From Candidatus Hermodarchaeota archaeon (GTDB taxonomy: Archaea > Asgardarchaeota > Lokiarchaeia > Sigyniarchaeales > SOKP01): a stretch of DNA of 64,000 nt. This document shows, piece after piece, positions 19,521 through 28,310 of this stretch. Location: the NCBI GenBank assembly GCA_048885525.1, contig JBHLLP010000017.1:1-64000 (forward strand). Reading direction: 5' to 3'. The position numbers were made by a program, and so were the translations under genes. Within the stretch, counting starts at the first letter, position 1. Every line of letters begins with the position of its first letter. The notes under the pieces were generated by a model, which had not been told where the DNA came from, did no database searches, and was given only the letters and a program-made list of their open reading frames with translations.

Positions 19521-20153
19521 TTAAATGGGTAAAAAAACTTCATTTTCTACTAGATTATAGATTAAATCCGCAATATTCTCATTATTTAATATTGAGGATT
19601 TAGTTATTTCTTTAAATAATTTATCTAATAAAAATTGACCTTTTGATTTATGAGCCAAATCCTTTGCAGAACGGTATATACTTTTTAACCCAGGAGATAA
19701 TTCTTTTCCTCTTGTTGAGCCTAATTTAAAAGGCAAGGTTAAATATAAATGGAACAAATCTGTAATTATTTTTTCTAAACTCAGTTTTGAATAAGGATCT
19801 TGTTGAAAAATAGAAATATCTCCTTTAAAATCAGTATATAAATCTTTGATTTCTCTTTCATATTGATTTTCGAATAATTTACAGAAAGATTTTAAAACTT
19901 CTCTGGTGTAAACTATTGGTTTTTGTTTTACTACGAAAGTAACCCACACTAATTTTCCTGTAGGTGTTATTAAATATTTACCTTCAAGTGTGGCTTGTTC
20001 AATTACACCTACTTCTATTGGTAAATCCAAGATCTCATATTGAATTGAACTTCGAAACATATCAAGGAAATCAGGATCGAAATCACCAGCTGTTTTGTAG
20101 TAAATAATCTCTCTTGATTCCCTATGAATTATTACGATATATTCAATTGACAA
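19521..20153 (-). CDS. Longin-like domain protein with probable C-terminal winged helix
   Basis: IEYIVIIHRESREIIYYK beta-start, LKSFCKLFENQY helix, IYNLVENEVFLP end. Possible upstream ATT start at 20177. Confidence 0.6.
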   Translation of the reverse strand: MSIEYIVIIHRESREIIYYKTAGDFDPDFLDMFRSSIQYEILDLPIEVGVIEQATLEGKYLITPTGKLVWVTFVVKQKPIVYTREVLKSFCKLFENQYEREIKDLYTDFKGDISIFQQDPYSKLSLEKIITDLFHLYLTLPFKLGSTRGKELSPGLKSIYRSAKDLAHKSKGQFLLDKLFKEITKSSILNNENIADLIYNLVENEVFLPI

Positions 20154-20185
20154 TGCTAAAGAAAGATACTCAGAAATTGGAATCC

Positions 20186-20246
20186 TTACCTTTCACAGTG
20201 ATTTCTTTTTATATTGAATATTATCTTTTTTATTTATAATTTTGCT
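20186..20246 (-). repeat. 61-bp direct repeat copy 1 (TATA + leader + SD of 19521-20153 gene)
   Basis: 59/61 identical to 21543-21603; minus strand carries TTATAAAT and GAAAGGTAA. Confidence 0.9.
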
Positions 20247-20441
20247 CATTAATTAAAGTTAGAAATTATTAAAAATACCAATACTTTAAAATAGACTAAA
20301 TTTTTATATACACCATTAACCCCTATGGCTTAAATTTAAACCTTGTTCCAATCTTTACTTCTTTTGAATAAATTTAAAATATTGTTTAACATACTATAAA
20401 TTATACAATATTGTACAAAATTGGGTACTTAGAAATTCAAG

Positions 20442-21398
20442 GTGAAAAAGATTTCTGAAAAGCAAGATGATACTGAGAAAAAACTTTCTACGGAAATTAA
20501 AATAACAGACGAGGAGATGAGAAGGAATTATGATAAATTTCTTGGCATTACTTTCTTCGGATTTGAATTAATTATTATTAACTTAATCTATTTAGTGTTA
20601 GTATATATAACGATCAGTGTATCAACAGTTTACTATATAACGTTCTTTTTGTTAATTCCATTAGGTTTCGCAATAGGAGCCTATGGATTATATGGTATAT
20701 ATTCACGTAAGCGTAAACCAGAAAAATATAGTAAGGAAATTAAAATAACAGATGAGGAGATGAGAAGGAATTATAACAAATTTCTTGTCATTTCTTTCTT
20801 CGGATTTGTACCAATTATCATTAACTTAACCATCTCTCCTATACAGTTAATATTATTCAAGTTAATAGTGTTCATTTTGCTAATGTCATTAGGTATCGCA
20901 CTAGGTGCCTATGGATCATATGGTTTATATTTACATAAGCAGAAACCGGAAAAATATAGAGAAATAATTGAGAAGAAACTTGAGAGAAAGATAAGCCTTC
21001 GTTTAAGGAAAAAAATGGGTAGGAAAAAGATAAGCATTGGTTTAAGTGGGTTTGGTGGATTTTTAAATATAATTATTGGACTTCTTAGTTTGTTTGGCAT
21101 TGGATTATTTGGTATGGGGGGAAGTCCTTCTTCGCGTATTTTTTTTGGGATAACATTTCTACCTTCTGGAATTTTAGCTTTTGTTGGTGCATTCATTGAA
21201 TTCAAAAGTCTAATAATTGGAGGTTTTTTATGTCTACTTACAGGAATTTTAACTATAGTTTTGCCTCTTATTGTCAATTATAATTATTTTTTCACCATGA
21301 TAGCCTACATATTCCTCATTATCCCCACATTGTTAATAATAGTTGGAGGAATACTGGGGATTTTGGAACAAAAAAGTATGAAGTCAGAAAAAATTTAA
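20442..21398 (+). CDS. Multi-pass membrane protein with recent internal duplication
   Basis: EIKITDEEMRRNY.KFL...YG.YG.Y...KPEKY occurs twice (20492-20731, 20735-20959); Gly-rich TM C-terminus. Confidence 0.8.
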   Translation: MKKISEKQDDTEKKLSTEIKITDEEMRRNYDKFLGITFFGFELIIINLIYLVLVYITISVSTVYYITFFLLIPLGFAIGAYGLYGIYSRKRKPEKYSKEIKITDEEMRRNYNKFLVISFFGFVPIIINLTISPIQLILFKLIVFILLMSLGIALGAYGSYGLYLHKQKPEKYREIIEKKLERKISLRLRKKMGRKKISIGLSGFGGFLNIIIGLLSLFGIGLFGMGGSPSSRIFFGITFLPSGILAFVGAFIEFKSLIIGGFLCLLTGILTIVLPLIVNYNYFFTMIAYIFLIIPTLLIIVGGILGILEQKSMKSEKI

Positions 21399-21542
21399 AT
21401 TAAAAAAAATATCTTCTCATGAATATACTCCTTCTCATCTCACTTCGAGTGAGAAAATGTATGAAAGATTGGTAAATTTAATGTTTTCTAATGATTTCAA
21501 AGTAGTTTTGCATCTAGGACAAATAATCCTTTTCTCAAATCT

Positions 21543-21603
21543 TTACCTTTCACAGTGATTTCTATGTATATTGAATATTATCTTTTTTATTTATAATTTT
21601 GCT
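21543..21603 (-). repeat. 61-bp direct repeat copy 2 (orphan promoter/leader)
   Basis: 59/61 identical to 20186-20246; no long ORF follows. Confidence 0.9.
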
Positions 21604-21840
21604 TAGAACTTCTTAACATATTTCCCTAAATTCTGTATTTAATAAAACTATTATTTTATGAGATTTGAGAGATTATTGTAGAAAGAATTTTTGAGTAAAC
21701 TAAAGATAAAATTATTTTAAATTACCAGTAATTTCTAAAAGTTTACTACTAAATCAATTTTTTTTACCACTATTTTTAAAAATCACTTTTAAATAATCTA
21801 GAATCATTTAATAAAAACAATAAACCATTCTCTAAAAAAA

Positions 21841-24516
21841 GTGAATATAATGAGAAAAAATATAATAAAAGTATTAGTTATACTATTGGTAAATATTTTA
21901 GCGTTATCTACTCTTGTTAGTAATCAATTTATCAATGAAGCACCCTCGTCCCCTGAATTATCTTCGCCACCCCTGAACCAATCACTTGTATTTGGTATGT
22001 CTTTTAACCCTATTGATTTAGATCCGCATTTATGTTATGATTCTACAAGTCAAAAGGTAATTACCCAAATTTGTGAAGGTTTATATAAATATAATACAAC
22101 AGATCCATTATATCCATTAATACCGGTACTCGCTACAGCACTTCCAACATTTTCACCCGATGGTTTAAATATAACTATTCCACTTAGAACAGGAGTTATA
22201 TTCCACGATGGAACTAATTTTAATGCAACAGCAGTGAAATGGAACTTTGATAGATTAAATTATTTCTTAAATTATTCAGGTAATCAGTATTTACCTGCAC
22301 CCTTTAATATACCGCTTCCTTCAGATGGTTCTATCCAAAAAACCAAAGCACAAATAGTATATACTTTAAACGGTGTCCCTATTATAAATAGAACAGAAGT
22401 TATCAATCCAAATACCATAAAAATTGTGATGAATATACCCAAGGCGTCCATAATTAATATATTCACTTCTCATTCCGCCTTCTTTCTATCACCTACATCA
22501 GCCCAAAACCAAGGGAAAGAACTTAATTACCTCACATACAACGATGGTGATGTTTTAACTGGGACTGGTCCTTTTATCCTCCAAAATTATACTCTAAATG
22601 ACGAAGTAGAATTTACTGGAAATCCAGATTATTGGCAGGGAGCTCCAATTTTAGAAGATTTAACATTTACAATTTTTCCCAGTACTACTGATTTAAATAT
22701 GGCAGTATTATATGGTGATGTTGACTTATGTGATGACCCTAGATTCGATTTTGTGCCAATATTCGAATCTAGTGAAAATATAATCCTCATAGAAGCTGGA
22801 CCTACTGTAACTACTAGCTATATGGGATTTAATGGATATATGGTGAATACAACATTCCGGAAAGCAATCTCGTATGTAATTGATTATACGTATCTAATCG
22901 ATGTAATATCGTCAGGTAATGCTTACCGATTGAAATCTCCAATCCCAGCAGGTATTCCTATGTCAAATTACTCATTCAATTATCCTGTATATGACCGTGC
23001 ATATGCCCAATCAATCATGCAATCCATGGGATATGGAATTGGCTTCACTACAGATGCACATTGGACTGCCGTAGCGGACAGTGGGGGATGGGGTTTTGGG
23101 TGGAATATTACTGCCCAATTAGAAGGCACATTTCGAAGAGATCAAGCTTTATATATTTCAGATTGTCTGAGATATTTAGGGATTAATGCTCCTGTAGTAC
23201 AGATTTATTTCGCGGATTTACTTACATGTTTAGCGAATGATGTTGGAACCTTGAGAAGAGACAAAATACCAATGTATATGTTGGGATGGGGTCCTGATTA
23301 TGTAGATCCCGAGAATTTTATTTCACCATTATATAGCAATAGGTCATCAATTTGGTGCAATACCTATGATTATGAACTAGAGCAACTAATGCTAGCTGGA
23401 GAAACAATAGTTGAACCTATAGCCAGAGAAGCCATTTATGACGAGATTCAACGGAAGTTGGTTGAGGAACTCTACTTCTTTGTATGGATCTCAACAGGCA
23501 AGAATTATGATGTGTATTATAATTATGTTCACGGATGGGTTCCTAACGCCATCAATAGAGTAGATTTTTATCCTGTTTATATCAAAGATACAATACCCCC
23601 AACAATCACTATATATAATCCAATTCCAAATCAATTATTTGGTACCAATGCTCCTGACTTTAGTATCACTGTCAGTGATCAATTCCCTATAAATTACACA
23701 TGGTATACAATAGATGGGGGATTAACAAATTACACCTTTTCCGGATCAATAGGAACAATAAATCAGACCGCATGGGATAATGAAATTAGTGGACCAATTA
23801 CTATAAGATTCTACGCTAATGATTCGTTTGGAAATATTGGCTTTGAAGAAGTAAATATCATAAAAGACATCGATGCGCCTATTGTTACAATAATCTCACC
23901 AACGCCAAATCAATTATGTGGAATTACAGCTCCTAACTTTAATATCCAGATTACTGAACCGAATCTTCAACAAAAGTTATATTCTTTAAACGGAAGGCCG
24001 AATATCACCTTTACCACAGAAACTCAATTTAGTCAAACAGAATGGAATAATATTGGAAATGGTACAGTAACAATAGTTTTCTATGCTATAGATGGGATGG
24101 GAAACGTAAATTCAAGCCAAGTTATTGTCAGAAAAGACGCAATTATGCCAGATATTACAATTAATTCTCCAATTGCGAATGAGGAGTTCATAGATCCCCC
24201 TGATTTTACTATTTCTATAATTGAAGAAGATTTAGACTCTACGTGGTATACAGTAGAAGGAAGCACAACCCAATATCCATTCACAGGATTAACTGGAACA
24301 ATTGATACAGATGCATGGGATGGTGCGGATTATGGAGAGATTACTATAACTTTCTATGCTCAGGATAACGCGGGCAACGTTGGCACTGAAAGCGTAACTG
24401 TTGTAAAAAAACCCCCTACCAGAATCCCAGGATATAATGTGTTGATAATATCTGGTATTTTCTTAGCCACTCTTATCATCATAACGCAGAAGAAAAAGAT
24501 AAATCTTAAAAAATAG
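21841..24516 (+). CDS. Family-5 (peptide/nickel) solute-binding protein + three Ig-like repeats + C-terminal PGY-TM-basic sorting tail
   Basis: Signal peptide; LDPH, FHDGTNFNATAVKW, GTGPF, GWGPDYVDP; three D..P.ITI.SP repeats; IPGY-hydrophobic-KKK. Confidence 0.88.
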   Translation: MNIMRKNIIKVLVILLVNILALSTLVSNQFINEAPSSPELSSPPLNQSLVFGMSFNPIDLDPHLCYDSTSQKVITQICEGLYKYNTTDPLYPLIPVLATALPTFSPDGLNITIPLRTGVIFHDGTNFNATAVKWNFDRLNYFLNYSGNQYLPAPFNIPLPSDGSIQKTKAQIVYTLNGVPIINRTEVINPNTIKIVMNIPKASIINIFTSHSAFFLSPTSAQNQGKELNYLTYNDGDVLTGTGPFILQNYTLNDEVEFTGNPDYWQGAPILEDLTFTIFPSTTDLNMAVLYGDVDLCDDPRFDFVPIFESSENIILIEAGPTVTTSYMGFNGYMVNTTFRKAISYVIDYTYLIDVISSGNAYRLKSPIPAGIPMSNYSFNYPVYDRAYAQSIMQSMGYGIGFTTDAHWTAVADSGGWGFGWNITAQLEGTFRRDQALYISDCLRYLGINAPVVQIYFADLLTCLANDVGTLRRDKIPMYMLGWGPDYVDPENFISPLYSNRSSIWCNTYDYELEQLMLAGETIVEPIAREAIYDEIQRKLVEELYFFVWISTGKNYDVYYNYVHGWVPNAINRVDFYPVYIKDTIPPTITIYNPIPNQLFGTNAPDFSITVSDQFPINYTWYTIDGGLTNYTFSGSIGTINQTAWDNEISGPITIRFYANDSFGNIGFEEVNIIKDIDAPIVTIISPTPNQLCGITAPNFNIQITEPNLQQKLYSLNGRPNITFTTETQFSQTEWNNIGNGTVTIVFYAIDGMGNVNSSQVIVRKDAIMPDITINSPIANEEFIDPPDFTISIIEEDLDSTWYTVEGSTTQYPFTGLTGTIDTDAWDGADYGEITITFYAQDNAGNVGTESVTVVKKPPTRIPGYNVLIISGIFLATLIIITQKKKINLKK

Positions 24517-24717
24517 CTTTTATTTTTTTTTATTTTTTTACTAAAATCCTTATAAAACTAGAAGATTAAACCTTAATTACGTTCTTAAATTTAATTTTTA
24601 AACCTTATAGGATTAGCAATTATTAAATATATAAGAAGAATTAATGAATAATATTGTGTAGGTGAAAATCTATACATATTCAAATCCAAAATTAATAATT
24701 TTAAAAGGTCAAGAAAA

Positions 24718-25032
24718 ATGCTTTTCTTAACATATTGGGAATTAAATCCAGAATTCGATCCTTCAGAATTGGCTGAAATTGCACAAAAACTCATGAGTAA
24801 AAAACTTTATCCAGTTGAAGGAGTTAATCAAATAGGTTTCTACGTCAGCACATCAGATTATTGGGGAATTACTATAGAAGAAGCTCAAAATGAGGAACAG
24901 TTGGCAAAAGGTTCAATGATGTGGAGACTTGCTAAACCAGGATATATCACGGTAATGAAAACAACTCCTGCTATGGACGCTATAAAAATAATACCTCTCG
25001 TAATAAAATTAAAAAAGGAAATAGAAGGTTAA
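24718..25032 (+). CDS. DUF3303-like small protein
   Basis: MLFLTYWELN...WGITIEEA...KTTPAM pattern. Confidence 0.6.
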   Translation: MLFLTYWELNPEFDPSELAEIAQKLMSKKLYPVEGVNQIGFYVSTSDYWGITIEEAQNEEQLAKGSMMWRLAKPGYITVMKTTPAMDAIKIIPLVIKLKKEIEG

Positions 25033-25175
25033 ATTTAGATCACTTTATAACTATAAATCTTTTTTTTTTGTTTTATTTCGAAAATTACTTGTAGAACTAT
25101 AGAATAAATTATTTGTTTTAGGGATAATTAAGTTTATATTATTTGCTTTAGGATCTCCTGCATCTGATAATGTTT

Positions 25176-25349
25176 CTAGGTGCGGTAAGGATTTCCAAAG
25201 TACATGCGGTAGTATCCCCGATAGGAATCCAGATCTGGAATTTCTAATTCTGCTCTATGTTTTGATTTTTTTAGCTTTATTTCTTCCTTTTTTTGCTTTT
25301 TTTTTGCTTTTCGAATCTTTTTTTCCAAATTCTTGTTTTCTATATCCAT
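25176..25349 (-). CDS. Small basic hypothetical protein (57 aa, below ORF cutoff)
   Basis: MDIENKNLEKKIRKAKKKQKKEEIKLKKSKHRAELEIPDLDSYRGYYRMYFGNPYRT*. Confidence 0.45.
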   Translation of the reverse strand: MDIENKNLEKKIRKAKKKQKKEEIKLKKSKHRAELEIPDLDSYRGYYRMYFGNPYRT

Positions 25350-25510
25350 TTTCTTTAGAGTAATGATGTTTAATCGTTACTCTAGGATGAATTTCCATAC
25401 ATATATGTTTGTAACGTATATAAAAGAAATCTCCCCCTTATGAAACTATTTAAAGATAATAAAATAAAAATCAGATTATCTTAATAAAAAAAAATGAATT
25501 AATATTATGT

Positions 25511-25816
25511 TTATAAAGATTTACCTAATGCTTTTATAGCATCTCGCATTCCATATAGAGGTTCTATCTTCATCGAAAATCCTTCAATCTTCCAAAATGG
25601 AACTAGTAAATCAGCGATTGCTGTCATTGCATCGTCACCCTTTCCTTTTTCGACCATGACAAGACTGTAACCCTTTATGCCTCGATCTTCATCAACAGTT
25701 GTAAATGTTTGCCATTTCTTTATGAAAGATGGAAATTTACCTCTAACCTTTTGAAATATTTCAAACCATTGATTTGTTTTATTATATGGAGTCCACTGGA
25801 TAACCATAAAAATCAT
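25511..25816 (-). CDS. DUF3303-like small protein
   Basis: MIFMVIQWTPYNK...GIKGYSLVMVEKG...IEGFSMKIEP; GAGGGT SD. Confidence 0.6.
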   Translation of the reverse strand: MIFMVIQWTPYNKTNQWFEIFQKVRGKFPSFIKKWQTFTTVDEDRGIKGYSLVMVEKGKGDDAMTAIADLLVPFWKIEGFSMKIEPLYGMRDAIKALGKSL

Positions 25817-25925
25817 TACTTTTTCTACCCTCTTTAACTTTTTGTAAGAATTTTTTATTTGACAATTTTTATTATTCCCCCGATAATATTTAAGCTTTTA
25901 CACTTTTGGTGAAAATTGTCTTAAA

Positions 25926-26006
25926 GTTATAAAGACAACTCCAGCTATAGATGCAACAAAAATAATAGTTCTCATAATTAAATTGAAAAAGGAAATAGAA
26001 GGTTAA
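25926..26006 (+). pseudogene. 3' relic paralogous to 24718-25032
   Basis: VIKTTPAIDATKIIVLIIKLKKEIEG* versus VMKTTPAMDAIKIIPLVIKLKKEIEG*; similarity extends past the stop codon. Confidence 0.85.
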
Positions 26007-26156
26007 ATTTGGATGAATTTGAAATTTTAAATCTTTTTTTTCAAACTAATTAAGACTTGAAAAATTTTTTACTTGTTGTTAAAGTTCCTTGATCATATTA
26101 GTAGTTATTTAATCTATTATTCTAACATTAAATAATATTTAAGATATAAAAAAGTG

Positions 26157-26334
26157 TGGAGAGGGTGAGAATTTCTGCTGTAACCGATTCGGTTAAGCAG
26201 GATTCGAACTCACGAAGGCCTTTTGGCTCTATAGCTAAATGCTGATGATTTGCCACTGGATCTTAAGTCCAGCACCTATAGTCTTGACCCATTTTGGTGT
26301 AAAATGGCATTTGACCAAACTCGGTAACCTCTCC
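26157..26334 (-). tRNA. tRNA-Leu(UAA) with three introns (26278-26310, 26222-26249, 26171-26202)
   Basis: Spliced 85 nt: GGAGAGGTTACCGAGTTTGGTCAA^AGGTGCTGGACTTAAGATCCAGTGGCAA^AGGCCTTCGTGAGTTCGAA^TCTCACCCTCTCCA; perfect acceptor, anticodon and T stems. Confidence 0.93.
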
Positions 26335-26610
26335 ATGGTTTAAGTGTTAACACAATATTTTTAGATATTGTAATTCTAAGCTTTTAAGGGTAACAATAAA
26401 TCAAAGTTATAATTTTAATTTAAATTTTTTCTTGGTTTTATTTATATTAGGAATTTGATTTGTGTTAATGGTTAGATAAGGTATACATAAAAATAAAAAG
26501 AAATAAATAAAAGTAAGATATTAAAATAATAACATAAGGATTATTCTATAAAGTCTAGAATTAAATTTTCAAATTCATTGTAAAATTTTTCAATTTAATG
26601 GTATAAGATC

Positions 26611-26988
26611 ATGCCTGTAGGTATTCTCGTAATTCACTGGGATAATGAGATTGGTCCTATTAATGAAGGTTTTTATCCAGATACCTTAAAAATAACCAAT
26701 AATCTCCTAACACAAGTGTATAGTTCACATCGATATCAATCTTTGAAACCTGGCTTTGCTTCAATTGCTCTTAAAAATAATAAAGTAGTATCCTTTTTCT
26801 CTGGAGTTGGACAAGATTTTATTTCTGTTGAAAATTATGTTGTAGCACTTCTGCTTCGCCGAGATGAGAAGCCTGGTAAATATCGTGAAATATTAAAAAC
26901 AATAGCCGCTGAAATACTTGAAAAAATTCCAAATGAAGAATATAAAGAGATATTACCTGATTTATATGATAAGTTAGCTAAGGTTTAA
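26611..26988 (+). CDS. Stand-alone longin/uDENN-like protein
   Basis: GILVIHWDNEIGP...YP start typical of uDENN/longin folds; YVVALLL strand followed by helix. Confidence 0.6.
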   Translation: MPVGILVIHWDNEIGPINEGFYPDTLKITNNLLTQVYSSHRYQSLKPGFASIALKNNKVVSFFSGVGQDFISVENYVVALLLRRDEKPGKYREILKTIAAEILEKIPNEEYKEILPDLYDKLAKV

Positions 26989-27086
26989 AGAGATTTATTT
27001 TAAAACTTTATTTTATTATGAAGATACTTTTTAGCCAGAGTATAATCATTAAGCCAAGATTTTATAACAGTAAAATCAAAAATATT

Positions 27087-28091
27087 TTAAACCTCCTCTT
27101 CTCTTTTTACTACGATTTTTTTTCTCTCATCTGTTTCAATAAGACCGATGTTTTCAAGTTGTTGCACGTTTCTTTTTACTGTAACAATAGGGATACCCAG
27201 GGCATTTTTAAGATCTTCTAGTGTAATCCCCCCTACTTCTTCAATAATTAAAAAAGTTTTAAACAACGGGTCTTTTTCCATTATGGGTTTTAGTTTATCA
27301 TAAAAATTTATTTTATCAATATTATCTTTTTGAAGGGTCTTTATTTCATTAAGCTGTTTATTTAATTTTTCAATTTCATCATTTGCATCTCGGTTTGCAT
27401 CACTTAATTCTCCTACTTTAGCAATTAGTTCATCATATTTTGATCTCATACTTTCAAATCGGGAAGCAAAATCTTTAGCTTCCGATGTTTTTTCAGTAGA
27501 AATTAACTTACTATCCATTAAAAACGTATCAAGTTTAGTTATTTCTTCTTTTAATTCCATTGTTTCTTTTCTATGCTTCTCTTCTAGTTCTTGTATCATC
27601 TTAACTTGTTCTTCTTTAAATTTATCTGTAAATGCTTCTAATTCTTGTATTTTATTTTCCAAACCTTTCATCGCTTCCTTTTTTAAGATTATTTCTGAGT
27701 TTTTTTCCGCTAACTCTGCTCTTAAATTACCTATTGTTTCATAAGCTTCTTCTAATTTATTTTGAGTAGGAACAATTTGTTTTTTTACTAATTCTAATTC
27801 TTTTTGAGATTGAGCAATCTCACCTTTAGCATATTCTAATTCAAGCTCCTTTTCATTTATAGATTGTCGCTGTGCACCAATTAGTTCTTTGAGTTCAAGT
27901 ATATCTTCTGGGATATCTGACATCTTTGAGATTTTTCCTTTTTGTTCTTCGATTATTCCTTCTTGTTCACTTATTATACGTTTTTGGCGTTCTACTAATA
28001 CAGTTAATTTATCAATATTTGCTTTCATAGTAGCAATTTCTTTTTCACTGGATTCAATGCTGTCTAATTGTTTTCTTAAATCTTTTGGCAT
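27087..28091 (-). CDS. Long coiled-coil protein with C-terminal winged HTH
   Basis: About 265 aa E/K heptads, then ITLEDLKNALGIPIVTVKRNVQQLENIGLI. Confidence 0.8.
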   Translation of the reverse strand: MPKDLRKQLDSIESSEKEIATMKANIDKLTVLVERQKRIISEQEGIIEEQKGKISKMSDIPEDILELKELIGAQRQSINEKELELEYAKGEIAQSQKELELVKKQIVPTQNKLEEAYETIGNLRAELAEKNSEIILKKEAMKGLENKIQELEAFTDKFKEEQVKMIQELEEKHRKETMELKEEITKLDTFLMDSKLISTEKTSEAKDFASRFESMRSKYDELIAKVGELSDANRDANDEIEKLNKQLNEIKTLQKDNIDKINFYDKLKPIMEKDPLFKTFLIIEEVGGITLEDLKNALGIPIVTVKRNVQQLENIGLIETDERKKIVVKREEEV

Positions 28092-28310
28092 TGGTAATAA
28101 TCTCTATAATTTAATTTAAAATCGATATTTTTATGATATTTATATAACTAAAAGATTTATTAATTTTTTTAATCAAAACTTATAACTATTAAGAGAGATT
28201 ATTTTTAAATAATTTTCGAAATATAGGGTCATATTTCTTTCCAACAGCTATTTTTTTAGTTATTATAATTTACAAATCAATATAAATCCTTGAAGCTTTT
28301 AATTAATATT

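Noticed and set aside
21438-21454. Hairpin TCTCACT-TCG-AGTGAGA as a tRNA T-arm/att relic
   Set aside because: Arm order is reversed relative to the tRNA-Leu T-arm and no acceptor-stem sequence is adjacent; likely coincidence or a terminator-like hairpin.
11024-24794. Short ORFs 11024, 12671, 15820, 18278, 18406, 20909, 22284, 24081, 24591
   Set aside because: Overlap real genes antisense or out of frame; no motifs.
19521-26157. Integrated mobile element at the tRNA-Leu 3' end
   Set aside because: Region is plastic, but no integrase, transposase or duplicated tRNA 3' end (att) was found.
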